The notes below the pieces were generated by a model. The model was not told where the DNA came from, searched no databases, and saw nothing but the letters and a program-made list of their open reading frames with translations. The position numbers and the translations under genes are program-made. A DNA stretch of 64,000 nt from Lama guanicoe (lineage: Eukaryota), in the NCBI GenBank assembly GCA_013239625.1, contig MU053513.1, forward strand, positions 516,370 to 580,369. Direction: 5' to 3'. Of the stretch, positions 39,032 through 50,770 are shown piece after piece. Each line of letters starts with the position of its first letter. The stretch's first letter is position 1.

Positions 39032-40702
39032 GTCCTGGAGGCAAAAGGGTGGGACAAGACAGGAATGCCCACCATCTAAATGTAACCTTTCGATCATTCT
39101 GACCTCATCTAACTTCCTGAACAAGACTAACTAAGGACAAAAAATCCCTCCTCCCCAGCTAAGAAGGTGGAGCTCGAATGAAAATAAGAAAAAAGGACAC
39201 GAAACCCTTCCGTGCCAGTGGATATTCTGCCCATTCATCTTTACACCCATATAATGAGCTTGCCAAGGAAACTCGGGGCAGCTACCCACCTGGGTCTGTC
39301 TGCTCTTTCCTGGAGAGCATTCCATCTATCCTTTAATAAATCCTTGCTTTGCTTTCTTGACCTCCATGTCTTATTTCTGAATTATTTCCGTGACAAGATG
39401 AGAACCTTCTCATCAACAATGGTTGCTGCTTAAGAAATATTTTCCATCGATAGCTTTTAAAGTTAGGCAAAATTAAACTTCAATGCCTCCAAGTTTTAAA
39501 GTCTCTGAAAATTTTTCAAACTCAAACTCCATTTACATTTGTCAAATGTTTTCATCTACTTCCTCTTTGTCTTCAAATTCAACCTTGTGTCTTCAAAGTC
39601 AAGTGATCTGGATGAGTTTAATAATAATAATAATGATAATAATAATATAATGAATAACTCAGAGTTTAATGGAGTCATGACAAAGTTAATATTTCACTTG
39701 CATTTCAGGACAAATATATGCTGAGAGTTTCCTCCGGAAACTTCACTGCCATTTGCTATTGTGTTTGCATTAAAAATATATTCTTCATTCCAAGAAATGC
39801 TTCACAAAGCAGTCTCCTTTGGTCACAATGGATTTATGCATCTGAGACAGTTCTCTCCCTCTCTGGGTAATTCCAGCCCTATATCTGCATGCTGGATGTA
39901 CTTACCTCTTGCTATCCCTAAGTAATAATGTGATGTGATAAGTAAGATGGTCTTTATTCAAGGGAGACCATGGCAGGGGTGCTACCCCCCGGGCTTTTGT
40001 GGTAGGGAAGAGAGATCAGGGTCAACTCTGAATACAGCAAAGGGAAGCAGGACTTTATAACCAAGGAGCAGGGTGGGGATCAGTGAGTGAAAACTTACGA
40101 ACAGGGAACAGCAGTGACAAGGGGGGATTCTGGCAAAACTAACTAGGCAAGATTCTTGCTAAAATTGGACGCTGTAAAGATGAACAGGGAAACCCAAAAC
40201 TCAAGGCCTAGTTGAGAAGAGAGTTCAAAAGAGCCTGAGCAGAGTTTACTTACACAGGGAATCTTTATCAGAACTTGTAACATTAAGAGGGAATCTTCTA
40301 ATAATAGTATCACTGCCAGCACTACCTATCTTCTCGTCTCATTTATGATTTCGTAATGAGAAAACCCACCCTTATCTTTCCTCTAATCCAAGATGGGGAT
40401 CCCTCATTCCTGTATGGAAGGTGTCAGTCCTTCCTCCTTAGCGTCCTCTCTTTAGCCTCTGCTTTGTGACTGCCTCATCGTCCTTCAGACTCCAGTGTTT
40501 TCTGTCGAAAGACAGCAGGTACTTAATTCCTCCTTGTTATTTTCCTGTCATGGATTCTTGGCTTCCCTTTACCTTTGCTGTTGGGGTTACCCTCCTCCAT
40601 TCTGGCTTCTGTTCCTTACCCTATTTTGGCCCCTAGACCACAGTATTTGTGTTTTCTCTTTACAGCCCCCCACTGTTAAATTCCTCTTCATGTTGTTTCC
40701 TT
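39032..40702 (+). repeat. 1,671-bp duplicated block, copy 2 (starts with the 3' 387 bp of the solo LTR)
   Basis: No difference found by eye against 37129-38799. Confidence 0.97.
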
Positions 40703-41114
40703 GGCTTACATTTTCCTTTGCTGGAATTCAGTGCTAACGTTTCCTGCTGCTCAGATTCCTTTAGTCTTAATTTCTACAGAATGATTTTCCTTTCTTGCAT
40801 TTACTAGGCAAGTTTCTTGCTAGAGTCTTCCAGCCTGTGGCTTTGGGTACTCTCTGAACACTCAGTAAACGGCAAGGACTAAAACCCTACTTGTAGGTAA
40901 TCTGTAGATAAGAACGGAGAGCTGGGATGTTGGGACAACCTGGATGCCAGTAATTTCCCAGGTTTGAATAGCAATCGGCTCCTGATCAATGTACTGATCT
41001 GAAAAATATTCAGGGGAAACAATCAGGGTATTCAGTGTATTGAGGGCCAATGCCAAAGAGAACTCAGAGAAGAATTTAGGTGATGAATATAATTTAGCTA
41101 AGTATTACTGACAT

Positions 41115-41656
41115 TGTTATTGGAGAGTAGGTTTTTGTCTCATCACAGAAATAATTCAGAAATGAGACACGAAGGGTAAGAAACCAAAGTGAGGATTTAT
41201 TAGGAGATAGTACACTCTCAAGGGAAAGAGTAGACAGACTCAGGTGAGTAGCTGTCCAGAGTTCCTTTGACAAGCTATTTATATGGGGTATAAAAATGAA
41301 TGGGCAGAATCTTCATTGGGGAAGTTGGGGTTTGGCACCGTAGTTCACCCCTGCTCCATCTTCCTGAGGGGAGGAGAGATTTTTATCTTTATTTAGCCTT
41401 GGTCAGGAATTCAGATGGGGACATAATGAGTGAAAGTTTACATTCTGATTCCAGAGATTCCTGCCTTATCCCACTTTTCTTTGTTTGCCTCCAGGACACT
41501 TGTCAACCCAAAATGTGTAGTTTCTTATCAGTCAAGAGGTCCTCGATTTTGTTTGTTTGCCCAAGGACCCCCATTGTTCATACGATGCACAGTTTCCTGT
41601 CATTTGGCCCATGTCCCCCTTTCTTTGCTCATATCTAGCTACCTACGTATCTAACA
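41115..41656 (-). mobile_element. ERV1-type solo LTR (same family as 36929-37515, inverted)
   Basis: TG...CA termini, near-TSD acat/agat; chance translations shared with copy 1 (FASRTLVNP; SFGPCPPF vs PFGPCPPF) show the homology. Confidence 0.88.
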
Positions 41657-41744
41657 AGATTATTCTTCAGATGTAACGTACTTTTTACGGTGTGGCTGGC
41701 ACATGGAAGTTCACCAAAGCAAGGCACTTGGTCATTTAGTCATT

Positions 41745-43030
41745 TTTCTGATTCTCATTCATTTGTTCAACAATCCTTATTACTTTCAATGTGCTCTGTG
41801 CTCAAAATACAATGATGAGCAAAATACAAATGTAAAGAAAAGTAGATATTGGCTTTGTCCTATAGAACTTAGAATATGACATCAAATCACTACCAAAATA
41901 ATATAAATTTTCAAGTGTGGTCAGTGTCACAAATGAAATGTACACACTGCTATAAAGAGATATACTAGAGAAATTTGACATACTCAGGGAGATCAGAGGG
42001 GTTCAGCTGAGATGGCATGAAAGGCAATGGGATGAAGCCAGGAAGTGAGCAGCTGCTAGGACATAAGGAGCCTTGTTAAGGAAAGGGGGTGATGTGATCG
42101 GATTTGTGATACAAAAGCATAAATCTGGCTGCAGTATTGTGATAATTAATTTTGTGTGTCAACTTAGCTGGGTCACAGTGCCCAGTCATTTGGTCAAATG
42201 CTATTTTAAATGTTTCTGTGGGGATATTTTGGATGAGATTAACATTTAAATCAGTGGACTTTAAATAAAGCAGATTGTCCTCCATCAGTGAGAGGGCCTC
42301 GTCTAATCAGGTGAATGCTTGAATAGAACAAAAAGACTAGCCTTCCCCAGGCAGAAAGGAATTCTGCCAGCAGATAGCCTTTTTTGACTTGAACTTTGAC
42401 ATTAGCTCCTCTAAGGGTCTCCAGTTCACAAGGCAGATATTGGACTTGCCAGCCTCTGTAATCTCATGAAACAATTCCTTAAATGTCTCTCTCTGTCTCT
42501 GTCTCTGTCTCTCATTTCTTTCTCTCTCTACAATAGATGTTGGCAATTCTAGCATCTCAATGTAATTTTATAATATCTTGTTTCAGTGATGCTGGAAATT
42601 GAGAGGAGTAGATTGAAAATCCAATTAAGAAGCAAAATATGCAGGTCATAGTGATATATTGGATGTTGGAAGCATGAAAGGGACAAAGCAAAGACTCTCA
42701 GATTTCTGACTTACACATCCAGTTACATTGTGATGCTGTGCACTGTGTAGTGTCACCCAGAAGAAGACCAGTTTGGAAAGAGAGTCTGATGGTAGGTTTG
42801 GGAATGTTAAGTTTGAGATGCTTTGATATATCCCAAAAGGCTACATTAGTAATTGAATATAAAACCCTCATAACAAATGAGAGATATAGATTACATATAA
42901 ATTCGAGAATCATTTTCTTATAAGTGGTGAAGAAAGAAGTGGACCTAGATGAAAAAATATAAAAGAAAGAAGAAAAATCTAAGGCTAAATCTTGAAAAAC
43001 TGAAATGTTCAACAAGAGAGTATGAGAATT
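41745..43030 (-). mobile_element. L2 3' region interrupted by MLT2D
   Basis: Antisense tail 'ctcattcatttgttcaacaatcc'; 'gtgatgtgatcggatttgtg...ctggctgcagta'; 'tttgggaatgttaagtttgagatgc'. Confidence 0.75.
42138..42530 (+). mobile_element. MLT2D-like ERVL LTR
   Basis: MLT2-type start 'tgtgataattaattttgtgtgtcaacttagctggg', plus 'gatgagattaacatttaaatcagtggacttt' and 'ggaattctgccagcaga'. Confidence 0.88.
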
Positions 43031-43124
43031 ACTAAGATTTTTTGTAATACATACAAACACATGTAATGTTACCTGATGGGATAGTAATATTGATTCATTT
43101 ACTTATTTATTCAACCAAAAAGTG

Positions 43125-43310
43125 TTATTTTTCATTGAACTATCGTCAGTTTACAATATTGTGTGAATTCCTGGTGTACAGCATAGTTATATGTAATATA
43201 TACATATATATTCATTTTCAATCTTTTTCATTATAGGCTATTACAAGATATTGAATATAGTTCACTGTGCTATACAGTAGGAATGCATTTTTAATCTATT
43301 TTATATATGT
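43125..43310 (-). mobile_element. Short LINE-1 3' UTR insertion nested in an L2 (about 43095-43830)
   Basis: Homologous to 16380-16560: 'tttacaatattgtgtgaattcctggtgtacagcatag...ttgaatatagttcactgtgctatacagtagga'. Confidence 0.85.
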
Positions 43311-45059
43311 TAAGATTTTCGAACTACTCTATGAGACACTGGCAAAATGATATAATTAAGACAAAGTTCCTGTGCCATAAATAAGTTCACAGTCTGGTGG
43401 ACATAGATATAATAATATGTTTAACCCAACTTGTTACAACCCATGATAAAGATAGTTTATTAGGAGACCACAGAAGGAGAGAGAAATAATCCCACCTGAA
43501 ATAGGATAGAGGCAGGAGTCAGGCAAGTATCAAAAGATTAGAAGAAATGAACCAGGGCAAGGGCGAAGGATAGAAAATGCATTCCAGGCAGAAGAAACAG
43601 CATGACCAAAAGCACAAAGGCATAAGACACTTGGTTTTTATCAATATTGCAGCTGCATAATATTCAGGAAGAAAATGGCAAGATACATAGAGATTTAGGT
43701 AGTAAAGTGAAAGTTATGGAGTGTCATAGATGGCAAGGTAGAGAATTGGGGATTCTCCTGGTGATGATGTAGTTTAGAAGAATGGGTTTAAGTAGGAAAG
43801 CTACATTAATTCGATTTGCACAGTAAATAATATTGGTATTGAAGAAATTTGAGTCAACCCACCTGGTGGCATGCTGTACTCATAGCACCATTCTTCTCAT
43901 ATTGCTAGTTTTCTTTCTTCTTTTTTTTTAATTCATGATTGTTGAGTAAACATGATACACTATTTTACTCCTTGTAAAATATCCTGCTATGTTGTTCATA
44001 TGTGATTTTCTTTAGCAAAAAAAAAAAAGAAAGAAAGAAAGAAAAAGAAATTATCAGAAGAAATTACATGTACTTCTAGACATGTGACATAGTTTTAAGA
44101 ATTGGCATGTGGCATACTGTGTTTTATTCCCCTTTACTAATGTGGCAATATTATGGTAAGTCTTTTAGACATATGGATTCTTTGTTACTGCAGCTAATCT
44201 AGGAGAACCTGACTGATACACAGGTATGTATTGTTGCAGTGATGCTTCCTCTCACTGGAAACTTTTTAGTAGCCTCCTTAATCTTGCTACCCAGATATCA
44301 ATAGAATCTACATAATTTGCCTTCTTCCAAATAAGCTAAATGATACAAAGAGTGGTGATCTAAGACAGAAGAGATTTTAGCTTGAGTTACATGGTTCCTT
44401 ATGATATGAGAAGTAGCAGCTTTGTGTTCTAAATTTCTAAAGGACATTTGAACATAGTGGAAGAGACGTTCTCATTTACAAGCAATTCTCGTTATTTGGG
44501 GTAGTTATGGTCTCAAACGTACTGAGATAGTGGAAATTCTGGGTTATGGGTCTGTTAGTCTCCGGTCACATTTCATCAACCAAAACACCATTTGTGTGAA
44601 ATGGGTCATTTGCCAACATCTTTGTGAAACAAGCTTGTCTCATCAGCATTGAAAACCAGTTCTCCCACATAACTTTTTCCTACATTACACTTAATAAGTA
44701 TATTCTAAATTCTCCCACAGCCTCCTGATCTTAGCACCTGCCTTACAAGTTTCACATGTTTCACACCGTACCACCTTCTGGTAGATGTGAGCCAGCCAGC
44801 ACAATCCAAAAAGGGCTTGCCAGTCCCCTGACCCAGGCTAACATTACTATCACTTTCTTTGGCTTTCAGTCCCACAACAGTACTGCCCACTATGTTTGGT
44901 TGTCATTGTTTTGGATTTGTTTTGTTTTGTTTTTAATTAACCAAAGCCACAAACTGAGGCATTTTTCCGCCTTTTCCATAGCTCCGTCGCAGACCATAGA
45001 TGTCACGTAAGCACTTTCTGGAGCAGCCTGATGTACAGATTACTGAACTTTCTCTTTTT

Positions 45060-45552
45060 TTGGGGGGATGTACCATATTGTCGATTCATTAACATTGAAC
45101 TCACAGCCAACAGCACTTTAAGTCATGCCTGAACGATGCTAATCTAACACATGTATTCTCCCCCATAAGGCACATCACAACTCCCTGTGTTTAGGAACTC
45201 TACAGAACACTTAGTGCAATGCTTAGAGGCCATTTGAAACAACGAATTCCATGTTTCCCCCATCCAAAAAAAAAAAGCACAAAAATGCAAAAAAAAACAA
45301 AAGATGGCGTTAAATAGACTGGGAAATGAAAACTTGTTTCCAGTATAAGACCTGAAAAAAGAGGGCAGAGACTTGCTCTGTTCAGTCTCAGTTGGGGACA
45401 TGTGCAGTAAAATGACTCAAAATTTTGACTATTCAGCCTATGTTTGCAAATGGTCTGAAAAGCCTTCAAGTACTGATTTTGTAGTTATGAATAAAATTTA
45501 GTGAATAAGCAAATTCACCGATATGGAATCTGTGAATAACGGAAATTAACTG
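45060..45552 (-). mobile_element. TcMar-Tigger derivative (MER82-like)
   Basis: Terminus 'gcaaattcaccgatatggaatctgtgaataacggaaattaactg' followed by TA; internal 'gattcattaacattgaactcacagccaacagcact...gcctgaacga' and 'taaggcacatcaca'. Confidence 0.75.
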
Positions 45553-47979
45553 TATTTGTTTCTTTGTTAAGTAAAAGTACATGTATTTTTGAATAAGACA
45601 AAACTGATGGAAAATAGGCATACAAACTAATGAAGTCTTGTTCACCAAATTCCAATGCTCACATTCACTACAGGGGAGGAAAATCATGATGGCAAATTAG
45701 ACTTACTCAATTAGGCTAATATTCATTAGTTACCAGGTAATTTAAAATAACTGGGTGATAGCTTTGTTGCTGTTAATAAAATAAATGCATTGACTATGGT
45801 ATATTTTCCTAGCAGAAGCACTGTTGCAAATTTATTTAATATAGAAAAAGCATCCAATCTGCTAACAAGTATTCACTGACATTTGACAACAACCAAATGT
45901 ATATAGGGTAAATTACTATAATAAACACATACATGTGTAGTGTGAGAAACCGAATTTGTGGCTATGCATCTGATCCCAGCATCTGACTGTGACATGCAGA
46001 AGGTTTACCAGCAAGGTTTGTTTTTAAATGCTGCCTACAAAATGGCTTGAGGGAAAGTATTTCTGGTCCAAAAGACAGTACGAAATTAAAGCAAATGTAC
46101 GGGCCCACGATCGAATTAAGCTGAGTAGCTCAGACCAGACAGGTGTTTACTTTCTTACTTGTCAATTACAGACAAATAATAATGGACAATAAAATTATGG
46201 CTCTGAGCTGTGTAAGTCTTCATACAAAATGTCAAATTTCTTGAGAAACTGGGAAGAATTTAATGCCACTCAATCTGAAAAAAAAAAGAGCACCATTGAT
46301 TTCTGAATTTGATACACAAATATAACTTTTTTTTAACAGACTATGATATCTAACTTGTCATATCATGTATCAGATGGGTGATTAATTTTACCTTCCAAAA
46401 CACACGAAGGCAAAAGTCAATGAAGTTTGTTTTCTGCACAATTATAGAAACACTGGCGTCATTATGATGACATTGACTGTGAAATGAAGAGCTTTTCTCT
46501 CCTTTCTACTGCTGGCAGGACTGAACCTGCGTTTTCCAAGATAAACTCTTCAGCATCAGAAGTTTCGACAGCTCTGGAGGGAAAGAAAAAGGCATTTTTA
46601 TTCTCAGTAGAAGGTACAACCACAGGTATTGATGTAGTTACAGCTTGAAAGCATATTCTTAAGCATTGAAAATGTCTCAGTAGGGAAATGGTGTGGGTTT
46701 AAGTTTTGATAATGCCACAGAAAAGAAAAGAACAAGAAACTTAAATTATATGCACTTCAGTAAAGTCACAATGTACATTTACTTTGCAGCACTTGACAGG
46801 TAAAGCCATATATGACCCTCAGTTGACATGTGCAGCTCCCACGGCTTTGGCTAGATTATAGTTTACCTGTTGGAAATTGTGCTTCTAGCCGTGGCGCGCA
46901 ACATTCAAGAGCCACGTGAGAGGTGGTGTGACACAAAGGTAAGACATCCTCCCTTCTTTAAGGTATTTCTCAAGGAATTATCACAATATTTTTATCCCCC
47001 TTGCCTCTACAGTCTCCTGTGCGGCAAGCCCTATATTCAGCTCTTCGCCCTGTGTGTCTTTCACTCCATACTCATCAAAAGTGAAGATTCAGAGAAACAA
47101 GAAAACAACAAAAAGGAGGCAGTGTCTTCCCGTAAAGTTTTATAGCTGGCAGGAAGAAGGGTGTGAAGCTGCCTTTGTCCCCCAAAAGGCTTTGGGAAGG
47201 GTTCCTGTCCCCTCACGCTGAATGTGGTGAATGTGAACAAGTGCTATAGTGGTCACTACTGCTTGTTTACATGAAAATCTATGGGACTTGTTAGTATTTG
47301 ATTCAAACCTGGTGCTCTCAGAGCGTGAGCCCCTGAGAATGGCACAAGTTGAGAGGACGTTCTCCAGACTCCTCTCCTTCTCCCTTTCCAGAGTCACATA
47401 ACTATCCAGGGGAGCGAGTCAGTGAGCTCTGAGATCACGCCCGCAGCTGCAGCTCCTCCTGGGATCTGGGGTCTGGGAGAAGGCAGGTAAGGCACTCGTT
47501 CTTCTCGTGTCAGTGACAGTCGGCAAGCAGGAGCTGGGGAGAGGGCCTGCCCTTCTCTAGGCTAAGATCAAGCATGGGTTTAGCAGATCTCTGGACAGAT
47601 CAAGCAGCAGAAACCAATAAAATCCCTGGAGAAAGGCTGCTTGTGATTCTGGGAGGACCCATTTTGACTGTCAAGATCATTTCAGGTTAGACTACATTAA
47701 TGTTAATCACGGTCCCACTGACTGGGACAGGGATGTGATTTATACACAGGAAATCAGGCAACACCAGGCTTTCGCCCCATTCCTCTGAGGAAAGGAAATA
47801 CCCTCCGATTTGTTCTCAACTGAGCCGCAAGGACAGAAATTTCCATTCCTTCTCTTTAAAACTCAGCTGCTACTTTGTAGGTGCCTATGAATGCTGATGG
47901 AACACATAAAGAAAAAAATGTAATGTATCACTTTAAATGACCAAAGGAAATCAGGTGTTGATTTGGAATAGTTGGCAGC

Positions 47980-48620
47980 AACTGAAACAGAATTGATGGA
48001 GAGTCAGGAAAAAACCTTATAAAATTGCCAATACACAAGGACAAGCAATTAAATCACACACAGAATGTATTCTGGAACACATATTATGTAACTTTTAAAT
48101 GTAAAAAGTCAATAGAGGAACTGGAAATTAGAAGTATCATTGCCAAGAACAGATCAACTGATCCTGAAGATCAGATAGAAAATGAAATTTCATAACACAG
48201 AGCAAGAATGAAAAGAAATGGGAACCTTGAGGGAAAAGCTAAGGGACGGATACTTGGAAATCTAAAATACGAAAAATAGGAATGCCAAGGGGGAAGGAAG
48301 GAAAAGGTATAAAACTAATCATTAGACAAGAATAAAAGAAAAATTTCCCGAGCTGAAAGGTTTCATTCTATGTACGGAAAAAGATCCATGAACTTCGAGT
48401 CAGGATTAACAAAAGTTTACAGATTCTGCATGGAAAAGAGAAAACCTAACCAGATTGAAGGCAGGAATAGTAGTAGGGAAGGAAGATACATGTTATGTGG
48501 CAATCAGATTAGCACCAGACTTCTCATCTAAAACACTGGGAGGCCAGGAAATCACAGCTAAAGACTTCGGAGCAAAATGCCATAATTCCATAATCTTGTG
48601 TATAGTCTGGTCACAAACTA
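47980..48620 (+). mobile_element. Ancient L1/HAL1 ORF1 remnant
   Basis: ORF 48455-48643 contains 'IRLAPDFSSKTL' (compare the L1 ORF1p motif IRLTADFSxETL); upstream 'aaagaaaaatttcccgagctgaa' encodes an EKFPEL-like ORF1 motif. Confidence 0.7.
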
Positions 48621-48914
48621 GTAGAATTAATAAAATAATATAATAGCCAGATACAAGGTCAATACCAAACATTATTAACAGTTTCTTAGAATAGCTCCAA
48701 ATAGTTTAAATGGAAAGGAACTCATTTACAATCATTATGAAACTATGAAATAATACTGGAGCAAACCATTCAAGAAAAGAGATCGAGCTCATTTAAAAAG
48801 AACTGTAAAACGTATCGAAGGGCAAGAAACAGGCCCCGAGTAAATGAAGGAACGTGTGGTCCTGCATGGCAAGATTTCAAATCGAAATTGTCCATTTTCG
48901 TATGTGCTTTGTCA

Positions 48915-50170
48915 TTCATTTATTCAAGAAATACTAATTTTGACTAGTTTGTGTTTGAAAGTGAAGTAATGATAGAGGCAGAATACAGACAATTAAAAAC
49001 AAATGAACAAAACCTATTATATGTTAAACAGTGGTAAAAATGCTATGCAGATAAATAAAACAGGGGAGTCAAATAAATGGAAACTATTGGAGAGAGAGCC
49101 CTTTCTCACTAGAGGATGGGAAAAGGCTTCAGTGAGAAGGTAATATCTGAACACACGTACAGGAGGTGAGAGAGCTGGCCATGCGGCATCTGAGTGAAGA
49201 ACTCCCAGGCCGAGGGGAAGGGCACAATGCCCTGGGGTTGAGAATGTGTAAGAAGGTAATGAAATGTTGTGAGCAAAGGCACTAGATGAGCCCAGTGAGG
49301 GAGGACCTGATCGTATTATTGTAAGTATTTTGTTTTTGTTTGTTTGTTTGTTTGTTTGTTTGTTTTTTACTTCAAATAGCATCATAAGTCACCAGAGAGG
49401 GCTTTAAGCAGAGGAGTGACCTGATGTGACTAACTCTTCAACAGGTGTGAAAAGATAAACTGACATATTAAACATTTAAAAATTTCAAGCAAAATTGGAT
49501 TTGAATTGGGCGGCATCCAGTCTAGCAGATTGAAAGAAGCTCCAGAGAGCTTCACAAAATGAAAGACTGTGACAGGCAGAAGGAAACAGGAACAGAGAAG
49601 GAAAAAAGCAGCTTGGTAATTAATTGCAAGGGATGACGGGGCTCTACCAGGCGAATGACCTGACTAGTGCTGCTTAGGTGATTCCTGAGGGACTGGTTTG
49701 AGCTTCCCTGTCTGGGAGAAGCGAAACTGCAATTAAGCCTCCGTTTGTGATGCAGTGCTTAGTTAGCATAAGTGGCTCTATTTTGGGCTCATTGTTTTGT
49801 TTTTAACAATAGAACAATGAGAGCTATTAACTGCACTAAAGGGTGTAAGGGCAGGAGCGGGAAGAGCAGTTGAGAGGCCGTTAGAGCTGTTCTGGTGTGA
49901 AATGAAAGGTGGCTTGAGCCAGGTTGCAGTCACAGGACTTGTGAGAAGTGAGTGTGTCCTGAACATATTTAAAACCTAAAGCCCTGGTACTGTATTTTCG
50001 ATGTGAGGGAAAGGGTGAGGTTAAGGTTCACATCAAGGTTTGTGGCTTGAGTCCACCTAAGATGAAAAGACTGCAGCGGAAGCTTGGCGTTAGCCCTGCT
50101 AAGTGTGAAATGCCTATTTTAAATTTCCAAATGGGAATGTAGGGGCTTATACACAAGTCTGGTGTTTACA
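48915..50170 (-). mobile_element. L2 3' region interrupted by an LTR
   Basis: 'tcattcatttattcaagaaata', 'gggctttaagcagaggagtgacctgatgtgact', resuming at 'gggcaggagcgggaagagcagttgagaggccgtt'. Confidence 0.75.
49446..49808 (-). mobile_element. ERV1-like solo LTR nested in L2
   Basis: About 360-bp TG...CA-bounded insert (tgtgaaaagataaactg...gtttttaaca) interrupting continuous L2 sequence; family not identified. Confidence 0.6.
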
Positions 50171-50179
50171 GGAAAAAGT

Positions 50180-50600
50180 TCAATCATATTAATGTATTTT
50201 CAAATTATTACCTAAACGGGGCATATTTTGGAAACTTAATGCATTCATTTTAATTAATTTTAAAGTTAATTTGAAAGAAAAATTCTGGGGAAAAACATGA
50301 GAACATTATGATAAGAAACAGATCTATCTGCCTTACCAAATAATAAAACTTACTATAAACTCAGTATAATAAAAAGAGTATGGTATTGTCAAAGGAATAA
50401 AAATACCTGTATAAAAGAACATCCAGAAATAAAATCTATGTATATAAGGAAAAACTGTATTACAAATAGCATTGCCTCTCAGTAAAAATGGATTACTTAG
50501 CAAATGTTGTTGACATATCAGAGATCATTCTTCACATCATATACAAAATATCATTATAATTACATTCAATGTATAAATGTAAAGATTACAGCAATCAACA
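50180..50600 (+). mobile_element. Old L1 ORF2 fragment
   Basis: 'tgccttaccaaataataaaacttactataaactcagtataataaaaagagtatggtattg' resembles the L1 ORF2 region encoding LP..K.YYKA.VIKTVWYW. Confidence 0.6.
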
Positions 50601-50609
50601 CACAAACAT

Positions 50610-50770
50610 CAAGCTTAGTGACATTTCTCATCCCAAATTTGAGGCAAATTGATTACTAACTGGAAACTAAGGTACAGAACAATTAAGCAACTTGCCCAAG
50701 TTAAGATTGCTATTAGATGGTTAAACTAGGTTTGAAATCTGTCATTTTCCAAAGCAAATCCTTTTACTCC
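50610..50770 (-). mobile_element. MIR fragment
   Basis: 'ggaaactaaggtacagaacaattaagcaacttgcccaagtt...ctaggtttgaa'. Confidence 0.65.

Noticed and set aside
37228..40737. Pairs of identical ORFs suggesting duplicated small genes
   Set aside because: Explained by the DNA duplication; they overlap LTR or low-complexity sequence
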